Below are positions 50,981 through 64,000 of a DNA stretch of 64,000 bases, piece after piece. The notes beneath the pieces were generated by a model. That model searched no databases, was not told the origin of the DNA, and saw nothing but the letters and a program-made list of their open reading frames with translations. A program made the translations under genes and the position numbers. The number at the start of each line of letters is the position of its first letter. Position 1 is the stretch's first letter. Where the stretch lies: contig OX597816.1 of assembly GCA_951406725.2 (NCBI GenBank), positions 134,106,001-134,170,000 of the forward strand. The letters run 5' to 3'. The stretch comes from Octopus vulgaris (taxonomy: Eukaryota).

Positions 50981-53141
50981 CCAGAATGAGTAATAACCAA
51001 AAGAATGAAAGGATAATATGAGTATTGAGGTGATGGAGAAATGATAATCGGGTGTTAGCAGGGCTGGCTTAGAAGTATTATAGACCCCTAGACCCCTGGC
51101 CAAATCAGTAAACTGGCTCCTATAGTATTTATTTATTGATAGCAAACCATAGCATACATAAACCAGGATTGTGCCCCTAGACTCATGAGCCACCATGGGC
51201 AACTGCCCAATCTGCCCATTCCTTAAGACAGAACTGGATTGAGGGTAATAAGAGATAGCTGCAAGTTGATAAGGGGATTGAGTAAGAAACAGTAAGTGTA
51301 GTGTGATGGGGGGGGGGGGGGTTCAGTAAAGATAGATAATGGCAAGAGAGAGTGATTGATGAAAGATAATTAACAGCAAGAGTGGTAGATGTGACTCACA
51401 CAAGAGAGATAAAGTGAACACTAAATATTAGAGAAATTTCAAATTCTGACACCAAGCAAGTAATATAAACAAAGTCACGCAGCAACATTATTCATGGTTC
51501 ACTTTTCATAATAATGTTATCTCGTCTGTCTTGGCAATTCTGTTTGAACACAGGAAAGTCTTTGAGTTCATGGATTATAACAGATAACGCATAACAGTAA
51601 TTAGATTGCCAACAAAAATCAATATGGAAAAATAAATAAACAATAAAAGAGCTGTAAGGATATTAAAAGACTAATTTCCTTCAACTGCATATAGTAAGAC
51701 AATGTTATTGATTCTATTTTTTAAATATCTGTGTAGTCTTATCAATATATAAGTCAAAATTATGAAAATTGAAGATTCTTAATTATAAAGAATATATTTC
51801 AGAATATTTTGAATCAATAAATCAAATTAAGCAATTTAAAATAAGATTGGTTGAACACATCCTTTATAAAGACAGATTAAGATATTTTTTGAATGAAGTC
51901 TATATTTTACCCCGCCCCATTAAAAAAAAAAGACAATTAATAAATAAAAATAATAAAATAATGGCTGAAAGTAGGTACTTGTGAAATTGGTAAAAATGAA
52001 AGTAATTATCACTGACAATATTGAAGCAAAAGGAAGCCTCTACATGATGAAATGATCTGCTCAAAAGAGCTGCCTCTTTTAAATGACATTGAATAATCTA
52101 GCAATTAGATGCAGTAATTCTGAAAAACAGATGGTATGTATGGTCATAGATCTGCTTCATAAAAGCTGGCCTGGGGCTAAACAAAAACAACACCATGGAG
52201 TAATACCTTTCTAGAAGTGTGATGGAAACTAAAAGCAAAATAGATTATAGTAATTTAATATTGCAAGTGAGAGTAATTAAACAGTGCATTATCTTAATTC
52301 TTAACACATACAAGATAGGCATAAACGTGAAATGAAAATTAATAGAACAGTAGATCTATTTAACAGTGATATTGTGGTTATTGATTGCAAGAGAAATCTT
52401 CCTTTTTCTAAGTTGGTAGACTGTTACAATAAATAATAAATATATAAACAGACAGACACACACACACACACACATATACATGTACATACAAACATATTAA
52501 CATATGCATAATATAGAAGACAGAAAGAAGTTGTAACATTACCAGCAAGATTTGAACTCTATATCTGCTGTAAACTGTATAGCTGTACTAACCACTACAC
52601 CAAAGCAATATTATAACTTTGACAGTCTAAATCAAGAGACTTAACCTAATTAGTTAACACTTCATACCAGAGGCCTGACAAGAGAATCCCATTCTATGCA
52701 TCATTAAAGTATGGTATTATATGTATATAGTACACAAGACTATATGTGTATGCGCATATATATATATAAAATGTGTGAAGACCCCCTTTGGTCATGAATG
52801 ACCATGGAATGCACCTAGAAAGTTCCCCTCCAAGGCACAAATCTGAGCAAGGTTGTTTATGGAAGACTAGCAGTCACTCATGCATAACAGCCTCCCCACC
52901 CCATGCCACTGATGCTATCCAAGGAAAAGGCAAAGGCCAATAATACAGCTTGGCACCAGGGATGTTACAACTCATTTTTACAGCTGAGTGAACTGGAGCA
53001 ACATAAAATAAAGTGTCTTACTCAAGAACACAATACACAGCCCAGTTTTGGAATCAAACTCACTACCTCATTATTGTGAGCCCAACAGTCTAACCATTGA
53101 GCAATGGGCATTCACTGTATGTATATGTATGTATGTATGTA

Positions 53142-53194
<53 letters not shown>

Positions 53195-53770
53195 TCACAT
53201 ATATACAGATGAAGGCAAGACTATATGGTTGAGAAGTTCACTTCCTAACCACGTTTTGGGTTCACTCCCACTGTATGGTACCTTGGGCAAGTATCTTCTA
53301 CAATAGTTTAGGCCAACTAAAATCCTTGTAAGTGGATTTGGTAGGTGAAAACTGAAAGAAGATTTGTTGTGTGTGTGTGTGTGTGTGTGTGCATGCGTGT
53401 GTTCACACACACATGTGTTTGTACAGAAGTACAGCACATTGTGTTATCAGTCTCTCCAGTCAACAAACTATCTGGTCGCTTTGTGCCTTTGAAGTTGTAT
53501 GGAATAAGACTTGAAAAACAGATAGATGCTAGAATCAGGAAAGATATTTGGTTGAAAAAAAAGTCTTAACATATTTTATATTTTACCTTTTGTTTCAGTC
53601 ATTGTATTGCAGCCATGCAGGGGCACCGCATGAAGAATTTTTAGTTGAATGTATTGATCCCAGCACTTATTTTTAAAAACCCTACTCATTCTAACAGTCA
53701 CTTTTGTCAAACTTCTAAGTTATGGGGATATAAACATTCCTAAACCAGTTGTCAAGTGGAAGGGGCACAG

Positions 53771-53801
<31 letters not shown>

Positions 53802-55775
53802 AATACATATATTCAACGGGCTTCTTTCAGTTTCCATCAACCAAATCCACTTGCAAGGCTTTGGTCAGCCCAAGGTTATAGTAAAAATAACTTGCCCAAG
53901 GTGCTCCATTCAACACATGCAAGGATGAAAAAACAAATGTAAAATGAAACATAATAATACACACACATATACGTGCACATACATACATATACATACATGG
54001 TATATGCCTGGATACAATAGATTGTTAGCACTACTACTACTGTTCAAATATTCATGTCTGCAAATATTAGCAGTTGTTAATATCAAATTGTTTTTAACAT
54101 TTGCAATAAATGTGATGAAAGCCAGGGGACTCTAGAGAAAGTATTATAGAAATTACTATTCTAGCTCTGTATAACAGTATAAATCTAATATAGCAGTTTA
54201 TGAGGGCATTCATTAATGATAGAGAATGCAGCTGCTTCAGATACAGGAACAGTATTAAACTACAAAATTCCATTATAGCTAGCAAGTGTCACAGCTTTGC
54301 TAAAACAATTGGCAGCAGCATTAATGATTATATCTAACCTATACAGTGACTGTTTCAACAAACTATACTACTCCCACAGCAAGTAATGAAATTATACTAC
54401 CTAGCTAGAATACCTAAACCTTTTTGCATTGCAATACTAAGACAATGTTTGCAAAGATAAAAATGAAGACATTATGAAACCAAGAGAAACAGGTCTTTGT
54501 GGGTAATTTGATGGGAAATTTCTGACTATCCAAGATAAAGTACTGACAAAGTTGGGTATGCTATTTTGTAAAAAAGTCATTATTTTCATGGTAAAAGGGT
54601 TTAACCCTTTAGCCTTGAAACTGGCCAAATCCAGCCAAAATATTTTACATGTGTTAGGCCCTTCATATTTATCCCAGTATGTCATTTTAAAAAGTACAAT
54701 CATATCATCAAAATCCCAAAGCAATGAGAAAATGCATGATTAATTTGAAACAGTGTGAATAAATAAGCTAAAGGGTTCAAATACATTTAACTGCAGCAAA
54801 ACATTACTGCCTCAATCACAACATAGACTTTCTTTTGTACTTGAGACAAATTTGAAACATGTATTCTACATAACACATCTTTTAATTCCAATAACACATC
54901 TTTTAATTTTACTCACACAATTTTGTGACGTTTAAAAATACTACCATATATTCACTTGATGTTGTACTACTAAACTCCAAAACTTGTAAAAAATCAGAAA
55001 GAAGACAGAAAAGCAAAGAAAGAAAGAAAATGAAAAATGAATAGGAAAGAGGAAAAAAGATATAAAAGGAAAGGTGAAAAATAGAAAAGAAGGAAAGAAG
55101 CTGTCAGTTTGTTATTAAGAAGTAATTCAACTTCTAGGAAAATTCTAGAGCATTAAAATTAGATTTGACCTTTCTCCTGTCTTTGCATTCCCAAAATATT
55201 GCTTCTCTTATTCACATTAATCATTTATTCTCAATCTTTCCAAATAACTACATTAATTCTTCTTGTACTGTTATCTCCCTGTTACATAGGATATTTGATT
55301 GATCTTTAAATTCAGAGAACCTTACTTAACCCTCTACACATTGTATTTGATAAATATCCTCATTATTTTCTGTTCAATGATCTAAAACACAACTGTTCTG
55401 ATGTATGATACTTTCCAGTTTGAATGCATGCTCTTAACACAGACAAATGTTAAGTGTATTTACTCTTATATAATCTGTAATATAAAACTCCTTCAATAAA
55501 CATACTATATAGGTATTTCCTTTCTTCAAAGTTTCTCTGAATAAAATAATAATGGCTCATAAATTTTATACATATACAGGCGTAGACATGCCTGTGTGGT
55601 AAGAAGTTTGCTCCCCAACCACATGGTTCCAGGTTCAGTCCCACTGCATGGTACCTTGGGCAAGTGTCTTCCACTATAGCCTCAGGCCAACCAAAGCCTT
55701 GTGAATGGATTTGATAGATGGAAACTGAAAGATACCAGCATGGACAATGGACATTAAATGAAGATGATGGTGACG

Positions 55776-55829
<54 letters not shown>

Positions 55830-55889
55830 TTTTATTCTTTTATATGTTTTAGCCCTAAGACTGGGCCATGCTGGGGCACCACCAGTGTA

Positions 55890-56150
55890 ATCACCCCATT
55901 AATGGCCAATTCTGTGGTTGGCTTCTGGTGAAGGAGTGTGCCTGACATTGCCACTGCCCACCCAAATCCTCTGTCTTGATATTAGTTCATCTGGGACCTT
56001 GGATAGCAGGAAGTCAAGTTGTTTCTTGAAAACATCTACTCCCACTCCATGAAGGTCCCTCAAATATTTTGGCAAGGCACCAAATAGCTGTGGGCCTCTG
56101 AATCCCAAGCCACCATAGCACATGGTTCTCACTCTAGATGGGATAGCTGA
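55890..56150 (-). mobile_element. CR1-like LINE ORF2 3' end
   Basis: LGFRGPQLFGALPKYLRDLHGVGVDVFKKQLDFLLSKVPDE is a typical C-terminal tail of CR1/L2-group RT ORFs. Confidence 0.75.
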
Positions 56151-58826
56151 GATGTGTGTGTAAATGTGTGTGTGTGCATCTTTGTGTCTGTTCTGCCCCA
56201 CTGTGTGACAACTGGTGTTGGTATGTTTACACCCTTGTAACTTAGCAGTTTGGCAAAAGAGACTGATAGAATAAGTACTAGGCTTAAAGAAAAAAATGTA
56301 GTGAAATCAATTCATTCAACTAAAAATTCGTCAAGGTTGTGCCCCAGCATGGCTGCAATTTAATGACTGAAACAAGTAAAAGATAAAAGATACATTTTTT
56401 ACATATATGTCTTCTACTTGAGAATAGAAGTGTAAATCGAGTAAAGCACCTTTGTAAATTTAGTTTTGTGACCCAGTTTTCATTTCTTGTAACTATTTCA
56501 ATTCATTAACTTAGCTATTTGTAGGAAAATAATGAGCTTGTGCAATCACATTTATCCTTCCATTATATTTGAGCCATTATACTTATCTATGTTATCAAGA
56601 CATGAGTGTGTAAATCACAAAACTATTGTTAGCCTCCATCTGTTGCCCTTAGTCCTTGATAGCTTCTTGTCTGTCATTTACACTCTCATACTCTCTACAT
56701 CATAGCACCTAGGTCTGATATAATGAATATGAGGAATGGTATTAGATCTATCCATATTCAATTCCATCATCACTACCATCCATTACAATGCCTGTGTACT
56801 GAACAATAGTATCATTCTTTTCTGTATCCAGTAACTTTCTACCACCACTCTACTGCTTGCCAGCATCCTCTCTTCTACATGTCACTTTATAACACTCACT
56901 GCTCTCTCTGAATATTGTCCATTTCTATTGCTATCACTAGCTCTTTCTTATCATCTCCTATTATTAGTGCTATCCTCCAATCATTCACACTTTCACACAT
57001 TACTTCCTACAATCACACTCCTATTCCTCTATCATCATACCTCTCCTATCATTACCTCCTACTCCATTATGCTCCCTTTAATCTTCTTTTCAACAATTGA
57101 CATTCATTACCCCACCTCTGACCCTCATCACTCTGTTCTTATGTCACACTTATATTCTCTCTTCCTTCACCCCTTTGTTCTCTGTCATCACTCTTCTATC
57201 CATCTTCTCAGTCACATTTCCTTGGAATGAAAGGAAACAACACAGGGTAGAGGACTATTTAGTCTTGCCAAGTACATGACAATCTCTCTATTGCTAGAGC
57301 TACAAAATGCACCCAGTGCACTCCATATAGCAGTTGGTATTAGGAATGGCATTTGGCTATAGAAACTACATCAAAATTGAAATGCATCACATACACACAC
57401 ATACTCTGCAGATAAAACATTTGCATGAATACGTTCAGAGACATTTATTTTTTAGATTTGTATTATCTTCACCTGAAGAACAGCCATTTAGTTTGTTGTA
57501 AATGCTCTCAAGAAAAAAACAAAAACAAAAACAAACTCTTGTGTGAGGAATGACCGTATGAAACAATATGAAGACACAGCAGTGAACAGTTAAACTAAAA
57601 AGTAGTTGCAAAAGTTGATAGAGATGAAAGTATGGAAGGTTTAAGCAGGGTGGGGTATAACCAGGGCTGTGGATGTGGAGTTGGAAACAATTAATGGGTA
57701 GCCAGAGTCAGTAAAACTATAGCAACTCTGACTCACAATGTCTTTATTCTTTAATATAAAACAGTTGTAACATATAGGCCTACTCAAAGTACAAGTGTAT
57801 GCATATGCTTTATGAGATATGTAGACCACAATCAATTATATAAAGAGTCGGAATCAGAAGTGCCAATAGTAGAGGAGTCAGAATCAAAGTTCTTTGTTTT
57901 GACTCCACAGCCCAGGGTATAACAGAGATGTAGTAAGAGTATGATAGTGAAAATAAAGGAAAAACAATTAAGAAAAGAGTGTAAGCAATAGTTATTGGGT
58001 AAAAAGGCTGGAATGGCACCATTACATCACTCATTGTAACTGGAAAATAACATTTTATACCAGAGATACAAGATGTATTGATTATTTACCAAAGCAACAT
58101 ACAATAGATGTTAGGCATGAAAGAGATAAACAAATGTATCAAATTAAATAAATATGGCTGCAACACTTAAGAGAATCAGGAAGAAACATTCAAAGCACAT
58201 ACATTTGGATAAATGCAAACAATAGATCTAGATATGTTTGTATTAAGTATACTTCGTAAATATCAACAAAAATATACCTGTATGTATCCATGTGCATCAA
58301 AGAGACTGTCTCACACATACAGATACAATTACATGATAGTTATGTAAAACTGTTAGATTTGAAATGTCAGTTCACTTAAAAGCAGAGAGTTTAGGTTCCC
58401 AAGAGACCTAAGCGTTCCAATTTAGGTAGCGTTTCTAATTCAGTATCTATTTAAGTGGAGGCACATATTTTTATAAATAACATTGATAACCTTTTAGAGA
58501 TAAAAAAAAATCAATAAAGTAAACCCAAACTTTTATCAATAATACAGTAGAGATATATTTTCTTTCTGTTTTAGAGGACTTGGATCAATTTGCATTAATT
58601 TTTTGAAATTGGCTTATTGAATTAACAGAGGAAATCAAATTTAAACAACAAGCTTTTTTTTACTATACAAGCAACTTTCTATGTTAAGAAAACATCCATA
58701 CCAAGCACACCTGTGTAATAAGCTAAGACATTTTAATTAAAATTACACACCTTTAGTGATGAGAATAATCATTATCTAATATTATCCTGTTTTCATTTCA
58801 AAAAAGAAAAACAAATATTTACTTAC

Positions 58827-59028
58827 CAGAGAATGATTCATACCAGCCATCATTCTACGCATGTTATTAAAGATGTCATTAATTCCAAAATAGTCTTCAT
58901 TTAATCCAAATCCTACTAAATCATTTTTACAGTTAGTACGTTCACAGCTTTTAGACCTCTGTTGATTCCTAATGTGTTCTCGCCCACTGAATCCAAAATC
59001 CATCATGCGCATGTGAGTTTTGGGAAAC
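58827..59028 (-). CDS. MLF: MLF homologue, first visible coding exon (202 bp)
   Basis: Acceptor ttaAG|G at 59030-59029 and donor CTG|GTAAGT at 58826-58821. Translates FPKTHMRMMDFGFSG...FGINDIFNNMRRMMAGMNHSL, resembling the MLF1 segment MDQMVSNMRNYMQKLERNF. Phase-0 end fits the next exon. Confidence 0.85.
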
Positions 59029-60979
59029 CTTAACATAAAAAGATAATGAAGATTATACATTACAAACAATAACACATCAAATTTTTACAAAAAATGTTAC
59101 CACTATTTCAATATTTGTAAAAAAATTTCCTTTGTCTAACAACATCAAATTTTTATGGTAAAAGTTTTATTTATTAATCATAATATAAAAATCTAATTAA
59201 AGACTAAAGCCTAAAGCCATGAACAGACCTAAAGAACCATTTTCCAATAAGGTCATTTCAATCTTCAATGAAGTCTCAACAACACAATGATACAATCACT
59301 GCATATATTAAGGGAACACTTATACCTGCCACCCACTAATCATAGATAATACACAAGTAAAATAATAAAAGTTGCTGCACATGATCTTTCATCTTCAACA
59401 TAGTAAAAACTGCACCCCCAAAACTGGTTTTTCTCTTTAAGACCAGAAAATACTTCAGTACCCAGCAGCTGGTAATTGATTATAGAGTTCAAATGAAACC
59501 CACAATGGAATACTGCTCCCTCATCTGGGAACAGTATTTTCATGCATGTCTTAGATTGCATCCAGAAAAGAATCCACCATACCATCTTGCATAGAGTTGC
59601 TCACCAACACACTCCAGCCTTTGGGGCATAGATGTGCAGTCTCCTTACTCTTGTCTCACGCCACCTTGACTCAGACCTCACCAATTCTTATCATCCAGAT
59701 TCCCTACCCCTTCAGATCATAAACAAAGGATGCACATATCGATGAGTAAGGTTTGAGGAGAAAGATTCAAAATGGTAATATGCAGAAAACTGACTTAAAG
59801 TAACTAAGAACTTGTGGGATAGAATTAGCAATTTCAGAAGAAAAATCAACTATTACATGGAAGCACAAATTTTATTAAACAAATACATATGAATACTGTA
59901 CTTATTAATACTAAATTCAGAAAACAACAGAAATAGCAACCAAGTCACTCCTCAATCAAATTGCACACTACTGACTTAAAAAGGCAAGACTCATTAGATA
60001 ACATAGTCCAAGTTGACCTACATGTGAATAAGACAGGATAATTTTGGTTTAAATACTTTGATTATAGATCTACTGACATATGCTAAACAATAACTGAATT
60101 CAGAAAGCATTAAAGAAGTTCACACAATCAAAAGCATAAAAGGATTTTAAATATGTAGCATGCAGTAAGATGTATAAATTAATTCTATAGCTGCTAAATG
60201 ACATGGAAGCTGAATGAAATCCAACTAGATCAAAATTCTCACACATATCATAAGAACAAAAATATCAAATTGGCTTCTTTTGCTTTGCAGAGCAAATTTC
60301 TAACAATCTAAAACATTTATCCAACAACAGCAATATGTATAATTCTAATTCATTACTTAAAACAAGAAAATGCTTATTAATGATGATTTAATGCAATAAG
60401 ATAGCAAGGAATATCTTTGATCAACAAGACATAACATTTTAAAACATAATAGCTTGTTAACAAATGCTGAAGTGATTCTTCTAGTTACAACGCACACAAT
60501 ATTTTTTACAATATAATTAAATTTAACTAACCAACAATTTTGCGAAAAACCTGTTGTGCAAAATGACTTTTACAATCACACTGGAGTTTTTTTAATGACA
60601 TCACAGAAGGATCATCCCTTATGACATCAGATAAAAACAACAAATCTCTTCATAAAATGACTGTTGATCATCAAGATTTTATGAATTGCTTAACTTAGAA
60701 ATATGCTGTGTCTTTATTATTGTATAACTGTTACCTTCATAGCCTCTGTTCTTAATTTTCTGGACATATTCAATTCCTCAAACCTTTAGCAAAATTGATC
60801 TCACTCATCTTAATACAACAATATTTATAATCTTCCCTCTCCAAAACAATATTGTTCCATAACTATCTCCTAAGCTAATTTCAATATAAACAAGAATATC
60901 TTCACTCTAAACAACAAATGAAATTTTTCTTCAGTTGGTAAAACTACTTCAGAAAAGACATGATAGTTTATATCATAAT

Positions 60980-62692
60980 CATCATCATCATCACCACTGC
61001 CACCACCATCGCTGCTGCCACCACCATCGCTGCTGCCACCACTACCGTTTAACGTCCGTTTTCCATGCTGGCATGGGTTGGACAGTTTGAGTGGGGACTG
61101 GCAAGCCAGGAGGCTTCACCAGGCTCCAATCTGATCTGGCAATGTTTCTACAGCTGGATGTCCTTCCTAATGCCAATCACTCCAATAGTGTAGTGAGTGC
61201 TTTTTACATGCCACCAGCACAGGAGCTAGTCAGCTGGCACTGGCATCGGCCATGTTCGGATGGTGCTTTTTACGTGCCACAGGCACAGAGAGCCAGTCTG
61301 GCAGCACTGGCAATGACCCACGCATGAATGGTGCTTATTGTGTGCCACCAGTCAGGTGGCACTTGCATCGGCCATACTACAATTTCCATCTGATTGTGAT
61401 TTGATTTTTGATGTTGATTTTGATTTTGATTTTACTTGACTCAATAGGTCTCTTCAAGCACGGTGTGTCACCCAACAATTCAAAGGTACTTTTACTTTTT
61501 AAATGGGCTGGTTTTGTGACACTAGTACAGGCTGCAGCTGTGATCTCACTTTACTTGCCAGGTCTTCTGAATCACAGCATATCTCCAGAAGTCTCGGTCT
61601 TTCGTCATTGCTTCTGTGAGGCCCAACATTCAAAGATCATGCTTCATTACTTCATTTCACGTCTTCCTGGGTCTCCCACTTCCATGGGTTTCTTCCACTG
61701 TTAGGGAGTGACACTTCTTTATACAGCTCTCCTCATCCAAACGCAGCACCTGACCATACTAGCACAGTCGTCTCTCTTGCACACCACATCTGATCCTTCT
61801 TATGTCTAACATTTCTCTTAGGGTGCTTACACCCTGTCATGTGTGCACACTGACATTACACATCCAGCGGATCATACTAGCTTCATTTCTTTCAAGCCTA
61901 TGCATGTCTTCAGTAGTCACGGCTTAAGTTTCACTGCCGTGTAGCATAGCAGTTTGTAAATATGCATCATACAATCTACCTTTCACAAAGGCCCTTTGTC
62001 ACCAGTAGAAGTAGGAGCTTTCTGAACTTGGCCCAAGCTATTCTTATTCTAGTGGCAATGCTCTCTGAGCATCCACCCCCACTAGACTTGGTCACCTAGG
62101 TAGCGGAAGCTATCAATTAATTCTAGTTTCTTCCCTTGGTATGTGATAGAATCCATTTTCTGAGCATCTGCAGTATTTATTGCCTTTGTGTATCTGCCAC
62201 ACACAAAAGCTATCATCCCAGTTAACTTTCCTTTGATGTTGCTGCACCTATTATGCATCCAGAGCTTACACTGGGTACATCTTATGGAGTTTCTACCTAC
62301 ACATTTTCTACAGATCGAGGAGAGCCATCTACCTGAAGGGGTTTGTGATGTGTTCGCCTTTCTACTTACTAGGACTTTGATTTTTGCAACATTGACTCTA
62401 AGGCCCTTTTATTCTAAACCTTGCTTCCACACCTGAAATTTCTTCTCTAGTTCTGGTAGTGATTCTGCTATGACAGCAAGGTCATCAGCATAGAGGAGCT
62501 CCCAGGGGCAACCTGTCATGAATTCCACTGTTATTGCCTGGAGGACTATGATTAATAAGAGGAGGCTGAGAGCTGATCCTTGGTGGACTCCTACTTCTAC
62601 CCAAAATTCTTCCCTATACTCATTGCTGACCCTTACTTTACTAATGGCATCCCTGTACAGGGCCTGTACAGCTCTTATTAACCACTCATCAA
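60980..62692 (-). mobile_element. 5'-truncated RTE LINE (RT, 3' UTR and tail) in MLF intron
   Basis: Minus strand reads GVHQGSALSLLLLIIVLQAI, PWELLYADDLAVIAES, DSFRYLGD and RLC*YGQVLR, then a (ATG)n tail at about 60980. Confidence 0.92.
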
Positions 62693-64000
62693 TTTATATA
62701 TTCTGAAGTATATACTGAACTTGATCAATATTGAATGCAAAAGTAAAATAGCCATTTTTTAATGTTTTTGTCAACAACGGAAATAAAATGAAATATAAAG
62801 AATTATTTCATAAAACTATCTGTAGGCATAGGTATGTGGTAAGAAGCTTGCTTCCCAACCATATGGAGCCAGGTTTAGTCCCACCAAGGGTAAGTGTTTA
62901 CTACTATAGGCCTGGGCTGATAAAGCCTTGTGAGTGCATTTGGTAGACAGAAACTGAAAGAAGCCCATCGTGTGTGCATGTCTTTGTGTCTATGTTTATC
63001 CCCCATCACCACTTAACAACTTGTGTTGGTGTGTTTACATCCCCAAAACATAGCAGTTCAACAAAAGAAACTGATAGAATAAGTACCAGGCTTAAAAAAA
63101 GAATATGTTGTCAAACCATGCAACTAAAAATTCTTCAAGGTGGTGCTTCAGCACAGCCTCAGAGTAATGACTGCAACAAGTAAAAGATTGTTCACAGCAG
63201 TTTAAGAAGAAAATTTTTCTTAACAGAAATTCATCCAAAGCACAATTGTTTGTAATGAGAATTATATTCTTTTACTTTCATTGGACTGTGAAGATATTAA
63301 GGCAATGGCCTCAAGGATTTAGTCAATCAGATCATTTCCAATGCATACTTCAAGACTGGTATTTATTCTATCTGTTTCTTTTTACCAAACTGTTATCAAA
63401 AGGTAAGGGACATACATAAAGATACATCCACACACATGTACACAAACAGTACATATATATGCAAACCAGGTTTTTGTCTACTGAATTCATTCATTAGTCA
63501 ACTTGGAGCTGTAGTAAAACAAACTTACACAAGGTGCCATGCAATGGTACTGACCCTATTTCAACATGGTTGTGAAGCAAACTTCTTAATCATATGACTA
63601 TACCTGCACCTACATTTGAAATACTGATGATAAGATATTGCATTTTAAATACTGATAATTTATTTCATTAAGTTTCTCTTTTTTAAACATTTAAAAACTA
63701 AAAACAAAACAAAATCTTATTCACTTTCTACTTCTTAATTACTTGCAGTTATTCCCATTGCATACTACCATCATTATTGCGTCTCTTCTAAAATCCTATT
63801 CTAAATGTTATGTGCAATCCTTTCTCCTAAACATTTAAATTTTACTCTTATATATGTGGTTGTTTTTGCACTTCCAAATACCATTCCTGAAACTATGATC
63901 TTTATTTCTAATATTTGAATATTATGATAGCATAGCTATAATAAAAATAGGAAGGGTTAGAATGAGAATGTCAACTGAATTCAACACAGACCAAATTGGC

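Overview
AT-rich, repeat-dense eukaryotic DNA. The tRNA-derived CORE- and Meta-type SINE families, RTE LINEs and microsatellites look like an octopod cephalopod genome (inference from repeat content). The left half (1 to ~30.7 kb) is CpG-retaining intergenic DNA full of transposon remnants: mariner/maT, Ty3/Gypsy (an internally deleted element and a solo LTR), Penelope-like, L1/Tx1-like, R4/Dong-like, RTE-X, hAT and MULE-like MITEs, plus a U6 snRNA fragment and an apparently intact minimal hammerhead ribozyme. The right half (~30.8 kb to the end) is CpG-depleted and holds one host gene on the minus strand, a Myeloid Leukemia Factor (MLF) homologue. It has four frame-consistent coding exons (59028-58827, 44893-44765, 42158-42002, 40239-40097) and a probable 3'-UTR intron; its first exon is probably outside the window. 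Most ORF-track entries are spurious. I found no clearly new multi-gene system. The best leads are the hammerhead ribozyme, the promoter-like solo LTR, MLF RNA-processing features and an unassigned 187-codon ORF.
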